A DNA stretch of 64,000 nt from Candidatus Methanosuratincola verstraetei. GTDB taxonomy: Archaea > Thermoproteota > Methanomethylicia > Methanomethylicales > Methanomethylicaceae. The number at the start of each line of letters is the position of its first letter. Position 1 is the first letter of the stretch. The translations under genes and the position numbers were made by a program. Positions 47,582-57,652 of the stretch are shown here, one piece after another. The stretch lies in the NCBI GenBank assembly GCA_049570475.1, contig CP186953.1, positions 1,159,658 to 1,223,657 on the forward strand. Reading direction: 5' to 3'. A model generated the notes under the pieces. The model was not told the DNA's origin and searched no databases. It saw only the letters and a list, made by a program, of their open reading frames with translations.

Positions 47582-48195
47582 GCCGATTGTACTCAATTGA
47601 TGAAGGGCGATATCTGGTAAAGCTGGCAAGGCGTGCGGTCGAGGAGTATATCTCCACAGGCACGAAGATAAGGCCGACAGACGTGCCCGACCAAAAGCTG
47701 CTCGAAAAGTCTGGCGTATTCGTAACGCTGGAAAAAGTCACCCCTGCAGGTCGCTCGCTTAGGGGCTGCATCGGCTACCCCGTACCGCACCTCCCGCTTG
47801 TGGAGGCGACGGTTGACTCGGCGATCAGTGCGGCATTCAACGACCCGAGGTTCCCTCCTGTTGAGCGACGGGAACTCGACTCGATAGTCTTCGAGGTAAG
47901 CATATTGACCCCTCCCGTCCAGGTCAAGGTATCCTCCCCGAAGGAACTTCCATCAAGCATAAAGGTCGGGAGGGACGGGCTGATCGTGGAGAACGGGTAC
48001 TACAGGGGGCTGTTGCTGCCGCAGGTCCCTGTGGAGTATGGCTGGGACGAGGAGACCTTCCTCGCCGAGTGCTGCATGAAGGCTGGTCTCCCGCCGGACG
48101 CTTGGCTGTCCAGAAAGACTTTTGTCTACAGATTCACAGCAGAGATCTTCACAGAGTCGTCGCCCAACGGCGAGGTAGTCCAGAAGTCCCTATAG
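47578..48195 (+). CDS. AMMECR1-domain protein
   Basis: Contains LRGCIGYPVP...GLLLPQVPVEYGWDEETFL. Confidence 0.8.
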   Translation: MSRLYSIDEGRYLVKLARRAVEEYISTGTKIRPTDVPDQKLLEKSGVFVTLEKVTPAGRSLRGCIGYPVPHLPLVEATVDSAISAAFNDPRFPPVERRELDSIVFEVSILTPPVQVKVSSPKELPSSIKVGRDGLIVENGYYRGLLLPQVPVEYGWDEETFLAECCMKAGLPPDAWLSRKTFVYRFTAEIFTESSPNGEVVQKSL

Positions 48196-48206
48196 GTCGC
48201 CTGCCC

Positions 48207-49400
48207 ATGAGAGTCTACTTTGCGCCCTGCGGGATCGCACTCGGGCATGCAGGTAGGTGCATCCCCGTTGCGAAGGCGCTGAGGTCCATTGGGGACGAGA
48301 TCTTCTTCTCTACATACGGAGAGGCAGTCCAGTTCGTCAAGAAAGCGTCATTCCCTGTCGGCGTGGTGCCCCCCATCAGGGTATTCGAGAAAGAGGACGG
48401 GGAATTCGACTTCCGCAGGACGCTCTCGATCGGACCGAAGAACCTGTACACATTCGCATTGCAGGTAGGCGCAGAGCTCTCGCTGATTGAGCATTTCAAG
48501 CCGGACGTGGTCGTGTCGGACAGCCGCCTCTCAACGGTCTTGGCCTCGAGGATGAGGAGGATCGTTTCGGTGCTGATCCTGCACCAGCTCAGAATCATGA
48601 TACCCCACAAGAGACCAATCGTGCGCAAGTCGAAGCTCAGGGTGAAGGCAAATGTGGAGCGCCTCGGTCTCGAGATCCTCGGGAGCCTCTGGAAGATGAG
48701 CCGGGTGATCGTCGTGCCTGATTTCCCCCCTCCCTACACCATCGCTAAGGCGAATGTGGTGCCATCTAACCAATACATCGAGAAGCTAAGGCTTGTCGGG
48801 CCAGTGATCCCCAAGCACCCCGATGATCTGCCGGAACAGGAGGAGCTGAAGCGTTCCCTAGGGTTCGACGACCGCCCACTCATATTTGCTGCGATAAGCG
48901 GTACCAAGGCCGAGAAGCTGATGATCACCAAGACGATCTCAGAGATCTTTCGGGGGTTCCCTGACCGATACAACATCGTCCTCTCCAGAGGGCTCTCCGA
49001 TGTGCCAAACACCGAGACGAAGTTGAACGGAGGGCGCCTCCGTATATACAACTGGGTCGATGACCGCTACAAGTACCTGAAGGCATGCGACCTGCTAGTC
49101 ACAAGGGGAGGGCACAACACCGTCGGCGAGGCCATATACTACGGGAAGCCCATGGTCGTAATCCCGACTATCGCGCACTCAGAGCACCAGGGGATAGCGG
49201 AGTCCGTTGAGAAGATGGAGATCGGCAGGAAGATCCAGCAGTACGATCTGAGCAAGGAGACGCTCTGCCGTGCAGTAGATGAGGTCATGAACTCAGAGTC
49301 CTGCTTGAGGAGCGTCAGGGCCGCCCAGCGGTTTGCGAGGCGCTTCAACGCAATAGACTCGATTGTAAAAATCACCCGGGAAGTGGCTGGAAAGGGCTGA
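48207..49400 (+). CDS. Glycosyltransferase, GT1/GT28 (MurG/UDP-glycosyltransferase-like)
   Basis: N-terminal Gly-rich loop CGIALGHAGRC and C-terminal TRGGHNTVGEAIYYGKPMVVIP. Confidence 0.7.
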   Translation: MRVYFAPCGIALGHAGRCIPVAKALRSIGDEIFFSTYGEAVQFVKKASFPVGVVPPIRVFEKEDGEFDFRRTLSIGPKNLYTFALQVGAELSLIEHFKPDVVVSDSRLSTVLASRMRRIVSVLILHQLRIMIPHKRPIVRKSKLRVKANVERLGLEILGSLWKMSRVIVVPDFPPPYTIAKANVVPSNQYIEKLRLVGPVIPKHPDDLPEQEELKRSLGFDDRPLIFAAISGTKAEKLMITKTISEIFRGFPDRYNIVLSRGLSDVPNTETKLNGGRLRIYNWVDDRYKYLKACDLLVTRGGHNTVGEAIYYGKPMVVIPTIAHSEHQGIAESVEKMEIGRKIQQYDLSKETLCRAVDEVMNSESCLRSVRAAQRFARRFNAIDSIVKITREVAGKG

Positions 49401-49503
49401 CACGTACTTGCAATGCAAGCCGCTCTGATTTTAGCCGCCTTGGCGTTAGGCGCAAGCCTTCAGTTCAAGCTCTATATGGGCTGTGCAAAAAAGGGAGGAT
49501 TTT

Positions 49504-49752
49504 CTAGATGGATATGAGGGTCGCGCTTCTGAGCAGCCCTTCGATCCTCCTGATCTCCTCGACCCTCTTGCTGAGCTCCTTTACATCAGTGGTCTGTATC
49601 TTGACGATTATGTCATACTCGCCAAATACGACCGTCCCCTCAACTACGCCTTTGATTCCGAGGCACTTCTCGAGGACCTCCCTCTCCTTGCCGATCTGGC
49701 AGACCCCCAAAACATAGGCTGTGAAAACCAAAATTATTCCTCCAATATGCAC
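49504..49752 (-). CDS. Stand-alone RAM (AsnC C-terminal) domain protein; true start probably TTG at 49731
   Basis: Reads VFTAYVLGVCQIGKEREVLE...GVVEGTVVFGEYDIIVKIQTTDVKEL. GGAGGA immediately upstream of internal TTG. Confidence 0.7.
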   Translation of the reverse strand: MHIGGIILVFTAYVLGVCQIGKEREVLEKCLGIKGVVEGTVVFGEYDIIVKIQTTDVKELSKRVEEIRRIEGLLRSATLISI

Positions 49753-49813
49753 TTATTATTCTACATTTTACCTTTTATAAAGGTTGGGCATTTATTTTGA
49801 AGGTTTGCCACCA

Positions 49814-50989
49814 ATGCTTATCTGGATGGAGCCCGATTGTGATTTTATGATCCTGCCTGCCTTGGTCGCACTCCTGCTCGTGCAGGGATCTGGATCGGTC
49901 TACTCCTACAACCTGTCGATCACGGTAGTGAATGGAGGGGCAGCCATTGACTGCGCAGATGAGTACAGCCCATGCCACGCGCTCCTCAACCAGAACATTT
50001 TCAAGAACAGCTCGGGACAGACGGCAGTAATCGAGTCGGTGACGATGAATGGGGCCGACGTGCCTTGGGAGATAAAAACGGACCCGGACGGCAACCCAGT
50101 GATAAAGATAATTGCTGCCGACCCGATCCTGCCGAACCGGAACGCGACCGTAGTGATGCGATTCAGGATCAACATAGACCGGAGCCCGCCCGAGGTCGAT
50201 CCAGCCCTCTCCGGGACGCTCGCTGAAATCCCCCCGCAGCTCAAGGCGATGTACCCTCTCACCGGGATCTGGGATCCATCTGGTCTTGAGGACCCCGATG
50301 AAGTCTTCGGGCTAGCCGAATCGATCAGGGCCGGGGAGGATAACGTTCTCCTGATCCTGCGCAACCTTATGATCTGGTTCGAGGAGAACATGGTCTACTC
50401 ATACAACAACACGACTCCCCAGACAGTCTGGAAAACCTATAAAGGGCTCAGCGGCGACTGCGACGACCAGGCGAACCTTTTCGTCCTGTTCTGCAGGATC
50501 TACGGCATACCTGCCTACACTGCAATCGGTCCGATATACATGCCCGGCGAGGAGCGATCGGATTCGGACCACAACCTCCATTTCCACACAAAGGATGTGG
50601 GATGGCATGGCTGGGCAATGGTCTACGTGCCGAGTCGGGTGGGAGACGGCAACTGGGTTCCAGTGGACCTCACATACTTCCAAGGAGGAGTGCAGAGGGG
50701 CGGGCACATTGTCAGCGCGGACTGGAGGCAGCACATCCTCGGCGCCGCACTCTACTGGAGGGACACTGCCGTCTTCATAGAGTACAAAAACTACGACCAC
50801 ATTTCGGAATACGCCCGAATGAGGGACGCGATTATCAGCTCTGACTGCCTGTGGGTGGAGTCACATCAAATGTCCCCTGTAGTCGGTCCTGCTTACGCGG
50901 AATTTTTATCCCCGCCCATCCTGGTTGCTCTCGTTGCGTCGGCTGCATTGCTCGCGTTCTCGGCATGGATTCTGTGGAGGCGCCGGTAG
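49814..50989 (+). CDS. Transglutaminase-like (Cys-His-Asp) domain protein with N-terminal signal peptide and C-terminal TM anchor
   Basis: GDCDDQANLFVLFCRIYGIPA together with ...HGWAMVYV...D. C-terminus LVALVASAALLAFSAWILWRRR. Confidence 0.65.
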   Translation: MLIWMEPDCDFMILPALVALLLVQGSGSVYSYNLSITVVNGGAAIDCADEYSPCHALLNQNIFKNSSGQTAVIESVTMNGADVPWEIKTDPDGNPVIKIIAADPILPNRNATVVMRFRINIDRSPPEVDPALSGTLAEIPPQLKAMYPLTGIWDPSGLEDPDEVFGLAESIRAGEDNVLLILRNLMIWFEENMVYSYNNTTPQTVWKTYKGLSGDCDDQANLFVLFCRIYGIPAYTAIGPIYMPGEERSDSDHNLHFHTKDVGWHGWAMVYVPSRVGDGNWVPVDLTYFQGGVQRGGHIVSADWRQHILGAALYWRDTAVFIEYKNYDHISEYARMRDAIISSDCLWVESHQMSPVVGPAYAEFLSPPILVALVASAALLAFSAWILWRRR

Positions 50990-51064
50990 GGCTGATGTGG
51001 TTGGGCAACCGATCCTCAGGTGCCCATGGAAATCCTTTTCTACCATACAGCAAGAGTATTAAGC

Positions 51065-51604
51065 ATGGAATCCCCGGAGAACAGAAAGAAGGATCTTTGC
51101 GAATTTTACCACCGGCTCCTCTGCCCGAGGGTAGCTGCGCTCGTGGTTGCGCTCAGGGAAGACGGCAAGCCGAACGTGATGCCGGTTGCCTGGCACACCC
51201 CCGTTTCAGTCAGGCCCCCGATCTTGGCGGTTTGCATCTCCCCATCCAGGTACACCCACTCACTGATCCTGAAGAACAAAGAGTTCACGGTCAACATTCC
51301 CGACCTCTCGATGAAGGATGCCGTCGAGATAACAGGCTCAAAGTCCGGAAAGGTCTTCGACAAGTCGTCGATCTTCAAGTTCACCCCTGCCACCAAGGTA
51401 AATACGCCTTTGATAGAAGGCGCCTTAGCGAGCATAGAGTGCGAGCTGAACCAGGCGATTGACATCGGCGACCATTCAGTGGTTTTCGGAAACGTCGTTG
51501 CCTGCCAAGCATCTGGATTCCGCGAGGTCTGGAAGGGCACCTCCCCGCTTCTGCATCTCGGATCAAACTTCTACACTGTGATTAAGGAAGGCTTCTTGAG
51601 GTAA
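51065..51604 (+). CDS. Flavin reductase-like / flavoredoxin FMN-binding split-barrel protein
   Basis: Reads PRVAALVVALREDGKPNVMPVAWHTPVS...FTVNIP. Confidence 0.7.
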   Translation: MESPENRKKDLCEFYHRLLCPRVAALVVALREDGKPNVMPVAWHTPVSVRPPILAVCISPSRYTHSLILKNKEFTVNIPDLSMKDAVEITGSKSGKVFDKSSIFKFTPATKVNTPLIEGALASIECELNQAIDIGDHSVVFGNVVACQASGFREVWKGTSPLLHLGSNFYTVIKEGFLR

Positions 51605-51634
51605 AGTGTTTGAATCTGCTTAAGCTTTATCTGC

Positions 51635-52399
51635 TTGGACCTTCTACCGTTTCACATCTGTTTGGAAGGTGATCCATTTTTGTCCGAAAGGGAAACCGAG
51701 GATCTAGCAGAACTCAAGCGATCCTTGGAGGAGAAAGTCTCCAAGCTCGAGAAGGAGCTGGCTCTCTGCAGAATCAACCTCAGACTGATCGACGAGGCTC
51801 TTGCGAAGGTGAGCTTCAGACCAGCAAGCAGGCTGGTGGAGGCAGCTCCGAAGGAGGAGTACCCGCAAGTGCAAGCAGCGGCTATGAAGCCAGCCGCACA
51901 AGAGCGCCCCGCCGCCACTGCCACTGCCCGTCCCCCGGAACCGGCACAGGCAGCCGCCCCACCGGCACCGGCGGCTGAGCCCATAACCGGCACCGGCGCG
52001 GCAAGGCCGCAGCCAGCCAAGGAACCTGAACATGGGTTCGAGGAGGAGCAGCCTTTCCCAATAAAGTCCAAGACTGGGGAGGATCTGGGGACCATATTCG
52101 TTGGGAGGTCCTGGGTCAGGATCGTCCCTGCGCCGGATCTCCACTTGAATGTGAGGACCCCGCCGTTCCAAACTTTCTTCATTGACAGGGTGTTGGGAGA
52201 GATGAGAAGGAAGGACGAGATGGCTGTCGACGCAGGATCCAAGGATCCGATGTCGATAATAGAGCACAACCTTGTCCTCGACGGCGAGACGCTTAGGGAG
52301 ATCAGGATCAGCAACCTTGACGACGACTCGCGTCTCCGGGAGATACGGAGCTCGATAAGGTGGACATTCGAGCGGATGCTTGAGAAGACGAAGGGCTGA
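51635..52399 (+). CDS. Hypothetical protein: N-terminal coiled coil, central Ala/Pro-rich low-complexity linker, conserved-looking C-terminal domain
   Basis: Seen directly; PA-rich linker encoded by reiterated ccggcaccggc. Confidence 0.4.
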   Translation: MDLLPFHICLEGDPFLSERETEDLAELKRSLEEKVSKLEKELALCRINLRLIDEALAKVSFRPASRLVEAAPKEEYPQVQAAAMKPAAQERPAATATARPPEPAQAAAPPAPAAEPITGTGAARPQPAKEPEHGFEEEQPFPIKSKTGEDLGTIFVGRSWVRIVPAPDLHLNVRTPPFQTFFIDRVLGEMRRKDEMAVDAGSKDPMSIIEHNLVLDGETLREIRISNLDDDSRLREIRSSIRWTFERMLEKTKG

Positions 52400-52413
52400 G
52401 CTGAATCAGGCGC

Positions 52414-53079
52414 TCAACCCCTCCTGACGATCTCGACGACTTCTGGCAGCCCATCCACTATGTAATCCGGAGAGTGCGCCCTGAGCTCTTCCTCGGTCCT
52501 AACCCCGGTGGTTATCGCCGCGACCTTGACGCCGAGCTCCTTGGCTGGCTTGATGTCCATCTCGCTGTCCCCGACGACTAAAGCCTCGTTCGCGGATACG
52601 CCGAGGAGCTCAAGCACCCTCCGCAGATGGCACGGGCTTGGTTTGGGGTTCTCTACCTGGTCCCTCGAAACAACCGCGTCGAAGTAGCCCTCGACACCTA
52701 GCCTTTCCAACGCTAACCTGACTGCCTTTGAATTGTTGTAGGTGAATACCGCGAGCCTTAACCCCATCGATTTCAGCTCGGACAAAGCCTCCTTTGCCCC
52801 TGGGAGGAGCCTCGTCGTCTTGGCGGCCTCGACCTCATGCTCAACAGCCATCCCCTCAGCTGCCCTCAGGATCTCGAGGATCTCGTCCCTGCTCATACCC
52901 TTCAAAGAGAAGTGCCTCTCGACCTCTTCCTTGATCTTGGAAAATGGGAGGGCTGGCGATAATGCTCCGCTCGGGAACCCATTCTCCTCGAAGTACTCTA
53001 TGATCTCGGACTTGATCTTCCTGCTGTCGATGTTGAAATTGACGAGCACGCCGTCCATGTCGAAGATCACTGCCCTCAT
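52414..53079 (-). CDS. HAD-superfamily hydrolase (phosphoglycolate phosphatase-like)
   Basis: Motif I is in MRAVIFDMDGVL, and the C-terminus has VGDSEMDI. Confidence 0.8.
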   Translation of the reverse strand: MRAVIFDMDGVLVNFNIDSRKIKSEIIEYFEENGFPSGALSPALPFSKIKEEVERHFSLKGMSRDEILEILRAAEGMAVEHEVEAAKTTRLLPGAKEALSELKSMGLRLAVFTYNNSKAVRLALERLGVEGYFDAVVSRDQVENPKPSPCHLRRVLELLGVSANEALVVGDSEMDIKPAKELGVKVAAITTGVRTEEELRAHSPDYIVDGLPEVVEIVRRG

Positions 53080-53178
53080 TACAAACCGCACCTCGGGAAG
53101 AGCACAGACTGATTGAATAAGTACATAAAGAGTTGCCGGTTATTAATTACTGCTGATCTTGGCAGGTGCTTGACCCTT

Positions 53179-54969
53179 ATGCCTTTGCTCTACGCCGATC
53201 TGGTGGATGTATATGACAGACTCAGCGCCACCACGAAGCGCTTGGAGATGACCGAGATCCTGGTCGATTTCTTCAAGCGCTGCCCGAGCGACTTGATCGA
53301 CAAGGCCGTCTACCTCACGCAGGGCAGGCTCTACCCCGAGTTCATACCGCTCGAGCTGGGGGTGGCAGACCGCCTGATAATACGCAGCATATCGCAGGCG
53401 GTAGCAGCGGCCGAGTCTGATGTCACTTCGCTCTACAAGAAGCTCGGCGACCTGGGAAAGGTTGCCGAAAGCCTGCTCTCAAGGGGGAAGAAGCAGGTCA
53501 CGCTCCAATTCTTCTCCGGGGATCATTCAAAGGAGAAGGTTACCGTGGAGAAGGTCTACAGCGTGCTTGACCGAATAGCGAGGTCCCAGGGCGAGGGATC
53601 CCAGGAGGAGAAGCTCCGCCTCCTCTCCGACCTTCTGAGGGACGCCTCGCCAAGGGAAGCCCTTTACATAGTAAGGACCGTCTCTGGGGCGATGCGCCTT
53701 GGCGTTGCGGACATGACGATACTCGACGCGCTCTCAATCGCGTTCACAGGATCCAAGGATGCCAGGGAAGTGATCGAGCGTGCATACAACCTCACCAGCG
53801 ACCTTGGGGCAATAGCCAAATCACTCGCAACCGGGGGGCTTGCCGCACTGGCTCAAACGAAACCCGTTCCCGGGAGGCCGATAAGGCCGATGCTTGCCGA
53901 GCGCCTCTCGGCACCCGAGGAGATCTTGGAGAAGATGGGAGGCAGGTGCGCGGTCGAGTACAAGTACGACGGGGAGAGGGTCCAGATACACCGTGGTGAA
54001 GAGGGCAAGGTGAATCTCTTCTCGCGGCGGCTCGAGAACATCAACGGGCACTACCCTGATGTCGCTGAGCTTGCCTCGAGGAGCGTCTCCTCCAAGACCT
54101 TCATCGTGGAGGGGGAGATCGTCGCAGTGGACCCCTCGACAGGTGAGATGCTCCCGTTCCAGGAGCTGATGCATCGGAGGAGGAAATACGGCGTCGAGGA
54201 GGCAATGCAGGCATACCCTGCAGCGCTCAGGCTCTTCGATGCCCTTTATGTTGACGGCAGGGATTTGACCCTCGAGCCTTACCCTGTGAGGCGCGGGGTT
54301 CTGAGAGAAATAACGAAGGAGAGCGAGAGGATCTCGTTGGCGACGCAAAGAGTCGTCGACAACCCCCGATCCTTGGAAGAGTTCTTCGAGGAGGCGATCA
54401 GCGAGGGGTGCGAGGGTCTTGTGGCGAAGTCGTTGGACGGGTCCTCCATATACAAGGCAGGGGCTAGGGGGTGGCTCTGGATAAAGTACAAGCGCGACTA
54501 CAGGAGCGAGATGCAAGATTCGGTGGACCTGGTGGCCGTCGGGGCCTACTGGGGCACCGGGAGGAGGGCCGGAAAAATAGGCACACTCCTCCTTGCGGCC
54601 TACGACCCTGCGGAGGACATGTTCAGGACGGTATGCAAGTGCAGCACTGGTTTCAGCGACGAGGAGATCCAGAACATGCGGTCGATCTTTGAGAAAAGCA
54701 TGATAACCCACAAGCACGCCAGGGTGGACTCGAAGCTGATCCCTGACATATGGCTGACCCCTTCGAAGGTGCTCGAGGTCAGGGGCGCAGAGATAACCCT
54801 CTCACCCATCCACACATGCGGCATGGGAACCATCCGGGAGGGGTCGGGGCTCGCGATCAGGTTCCCTAGATTCACCGGAAGATGGAGGGACGAGAAGAGC
54901 CCAGAGGATGCCACGACCGTCCAGGAGATAGTCGAGATGTACAGGCGGCAGCTGAAGAAGGTCGAGTGA
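53179..54969 (+). CDS. lig: ATP-dependent DNA ligase
   Basis: Has motif I AVEYKYDGERVQIH, OB-fold and DBD domains. Confidence 0.9.
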   Translation: MPLLYADLVDVYDRLSATTKRLEMTEILVDFFKRCPSDLIDKAVYLTQGRLYPEFIPLELGVADRLIIRSISQAVAAAESDVTSLYKKLGDLGKVAESLLSRGKKQVTLQFFSGDHSKEKVTVEKVYSVLDRIARSQGEGSQEEKLRLLSDLLRDASPREALYIVRTVSGAMRLGVADMTILDALSIAFTGSKDAREVIERAYNLTSDLGAIAKSLATGGLAALAQTKPVPGRPIRPMLAERLSAPEEILEKMGGRCAVEYKYDGERVQIHRGEEGKVNLFSRRLENINGHYPDVAELASRSVSSKTFIVEGEIVAVDPSTGEMLPFQELMHRRRKYGVEEAMQAYPAALRLFDALYVDGRDLTLEPYPVRRGVLREITKESERISLATQRVVDNPRSLEEFFEEAISEGCEGLVAKSLDGSSIYKAGARGWLWIKYKRDYRSEMQDSVDLVAVGAYWGTGRRAGKIGTLLLAAYDPAEDMFRTVCKCSTGFSDEEIQNMRSIFEKSMITHKHARVDSKLIPDIWLTPSKVLEVRGAEITLSPIHTCGMGTIREGSGLAIRFPRFTGRWRDEKSPEDATTVQEIVEMYRRQLKKVE

Positions 54970-55131
54970 TCCGCCCCGGGGCTGCCTGGGGGAGGGGGCA
55001 ATCCGATGCAACCGCGAATGCATAACTTAATATATGGGGTTGGTTTTCATTCGAACAGGGATTGCCGAAGGAACTGAATTTTTTCAGCTTCTTTTGCGCG
55101 CCCAAGGAAAGGAAAGAAAGGAGGGAAGCAT

Positions 55132-55383
55132 GTGGGATACTACCGTGAAGGCGCACGGAGATTCGGAGGTCCGAGACGCGGTCCAGCCAACTTCGGCCCC
55201 AAGCCTGTAGAAGAGGGCAAGGAATACGAAGTGGACATCAAGGAAGTCAGCAGGCGCGGCGAGGGAATCGCTCGCATAGAGGGCTTTGTAGTGTTCGTCC
55301 CGAACACCAAGGCAGGCGACCATGTCAAGATCAAGATCTCGAAGATCTCAAACCGTTTCGCAACAGCTGAAGTCGTACAGTAA
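55132..55383 (+). CDS. TRAM-domain RNA-binding protein with Arg/Gly-rich N-terminus
   Basis: Reads EVSRRGEGIARIEGFVVFVPNTKAGDHVKIKISKI. GTG start after a purine-rich ggaaaggaaagaaaggaggg. Confidence 0.75.
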   Translation: MGYYREGARRFGGPRRGPANFGPKPVEEGKEYEVDIKEVSRRGEGIARIEGFVVFVPNTKAGDHVKIKISKISNRFATAEVVQ

Positions 55384-55627
55384 GTAGTTTGATTGCATCC
55401 AGGAATGCAATCATTTTTTCTTTTTTATCATTTTCAAGGCCGCCCAGTCCGGTTTTTAGACCGCTTTTTTCTTCCACTGCATGCCATTCAACTAGCCGAT
55501 CGTTTTTCCAGATCGAGTTTTTAACGGACTTTTGACCTTTTATCTTCAGGTGGTGCTTCTTCAAGTGATCAATTATCCGTTCGGCAAGCTCGAGTTGGGT
55601 GAGGGGCTGGCGTTGACCCTGAACGGT

Positions 55628-56320
55628 ATGCCGCTAAAGGGCGAACCGAGGCTGCTCCGGGACCTGAAGCCAGTGCTGAGGAACCCTGCTTTCGTGAACG
55701 ATCAGAATTCTGGCAAGGTGCTGTACATGATGTACCGGTCTGTCGTCGCAGATCCGATGCACAGCGAGACTTTCAGGATGCACTCAGTGAGGTTCGACCT
55801 CACCGTGATGGACTACTGCCTCCTGGACAGGGAACCAAACAAGACACTTGGTCACATACACCCCGAGGCCATGCCCGGTCTCTCTTACCCCGAGCTGTAC
55901 CAGGTGCTCAACGGGAGGGCGGTCTACCTCCTCCAGAGGCTCCAGCGCGGAAGTGCGCAGGTGTCCGATTTCCTCGTCGTCGAAGCAGGTCCCGGGGATG
56001 CGGTGCTGATACCGCCGAACTACGGCCATGTGACGGTTAACGTGGGGGGGTGCCCCCTGGTCATGGCAAACTTGGTCTCAAACCGATTCTCATCGGACTA
56101 CGGACCCTACAAGGAGCTCCGCGGCGCCTCGTACTACCTGTTGGAGAATGGCGAACTTGAGCCGAACCCGAACTACCCTGCCCCGCCAAAGCCGACCCGG
56201 TCCGATGCCAAGTACCCGGTTTCGAAGGACATTTACACTGACTTCATATGCTGCCCGAAGAGCTACTCCTTCCTGAACGACCCGACCAGGATAGGAGCAA
56301 GGTACTGCAAGGGGCAATGA
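55628..56320 (+). CDS. pgiA: Cupin-type glucose-6-phosphate isomerase (cPGI)
   Basis: Carries the cPGI metal-binding signatures TLGHIHPEAMPGLSYPELY and LIPPNYGHVTVNVG. N-terminal boundary uncertain. Confidence 0.65.
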   Translation: MPLKGEPRLLRDLKPVLRNPAFVNDQNSGKVLYMMYRSVVADPMHSETFRMHSVRFDLTVMDYCLLDREPNKTLGHIHPEAMPGLSYPELYQVLNGRAVYLLQRLQRGSAQVSDFLVVEAGPGDAVLIPPNYGHVTVNVGGCPLVMANLVSNRFSSDYGPYKELRGASYYLLENGELEPNPNYPAPPKPTRSDAKYPVSKDIYTDFICCPKSYSFLNDPTRIGARYCKGQ

Positions 56321-56418
56321 GCCTGTCGGTTATAGTCAGACCTTAAATCTTTTAAATGGCAGATTATCATTTGTGGTCAGTGAGGCGTATGCAACTCCGC
56401 TCTCTCCCGTTCTACACG

Positions 56419-57636
56419 ATGGACGACTTCAATTTTGATGGCAAGAAGGTCCTGCTCAGGGTTGACATAAATTCGCCGATTGATCCTAAGACAGGCAATA
56501 TCCTCGACGACACCCGGATAAGGAGCCACGCCCAGACAGTGAAGGAGCTGATCAAGCTCGGGGCATCGGTAGCCATACTCGCTCACCAGGGGAGGCCTGG
56601 CGACAGCGACTTCACAATGCTGGGGGCGCATTCGATCATACTCTCGAGGCACCTCGGGATGGAAGTCAACTATGTGGAGGATCTCTTCGGGCCATATGCA
56701 AGGTCGCAGATCTCATCGATGAAGCCCGGCGAGGTCCTCTTGCTTGAGAACACGCGTTTCTACTCCGAGGAGAACATCGAGAAGGTCCCCGAGGCGCAGG
56801 CCAAGACCTTCCTCGTGAAGATCCTCAGCCCGCTCTTCTCCGTCTACGTGAACGACGCGTTCGCGACCGCCCACCGATCCCACCCTTCTCTTGTGGGTTT
56901 CCCGATGGTCATGCCTTCGGCGGGCGGCAGGCTGCTCCAGAGGGAGGTCGAGATACTGAGCAGCCTCTTCGAGCCCTCCTCGAAGCCCTGCATATTCGTG
57001 CTGGGCGGGGGCAAGGTCCCTGACTCGGTCCAGCTGATGGAGACCCTCCTCCCCAAGGGGCTCGCCGACAAGGTCCTGCTGACTGGGCTCATATCCCACC
57101 TCTTCCTCATCGCCCAGGGTAAGCGCGTAGGCAAGGCGACGACCAAGATCATGGAGGGGAAGGGGCTCAATGCGCTGCTGCCCCGCGCAGAGGCGCTGCT
57201 GAAGAAGTACGGGGACATGATTCTGACCCCTGTGGACATCGCATACCTCAAGGGTGATGCGCGCGTCGAGGCCCCGCTCGACCGCATTCCGGACGATTCG
57301 CCCATCTACGACATCGGCGAGTCAACGATCTCGATGTATTCGGCGCTGCTGAGGGATGCAAAGACCGTCATAATGAGGGGTCCTGCGGGCTACATCGAGG
57401 ATCCGAGGTTTGCCCGCGGATCTGAGGGTCTCCTGCAGGCGCTGGTGAGCAGCAGGGCGGTCTCCCTCCTGGGCGGCGGGCACCTCAGGGCGATCTCCGA
57501 GAGGCTCGGCATCGCAGAAAAGATTGGCTACTTCAGCACAGGGGGCGGAGCCTTCATCACTTTCCTCTCCGGGGAGAAGCTCCCCGCATTGGAAGTCTTA
57601 ATAGCATCCAAGCAGAAGTTTAACTCGGACAAGTGA
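56419..57636 (+). CDS. pgk: Phosphoglycerate kinase
   Basis: Reads FNFDGKKVLLRVDINSPID...FVLGGGKV...FSTGGGAF. Confidence 0.9.
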   Translation: MDDFNFDGKKVLLRVDINSPIDPKTGNILDDTRIRSHAQTVKELIKLGASVAILAHQGRPGDSDFTMLGAHSIILSRHLGMEVNYVEDLFGPYARSQISSMKPGEVLLLENTRFYSEENIEKVPEAQAKTFLVKILSPLFSVYVNDAFATAHRSHPSLVGFPMVMPSAGGRLLQREVEILSSLFEPSSKPCIFVLGGGKVPDSVQLMETLLPKGLADKVLLTGLISHLFLIAQGKRVGKATTKIMEGKGLNALLPRAEALLKKYGDMILTPVDIAYLKGDARVEAPLDRIPDDSPIYDIGESTISMYSALLRDAKTVIMRGPAGYIEDPRFARGSEGLLQALVSSRAVSLLGGGHLRAISERLGIAEKIGYFSTGGGAFITFLSGEKLPALEVLIASKQKFNSDK

Positions 57637-57652
57637 TTTGGGGGGCAATGCA

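Noticed and set aside
54970-55131. Possible small ncRNA between lig and the TRAM gene (hairpins CGAATG…CATTCG and CTGAA-ttttt-TTCAG, purine-rich tract)
   Set aside because: No conserved RNA family signature is recognisable by eye. The elements are adequately explained as a ligase terminator plus the TRAM promoter and RBS.
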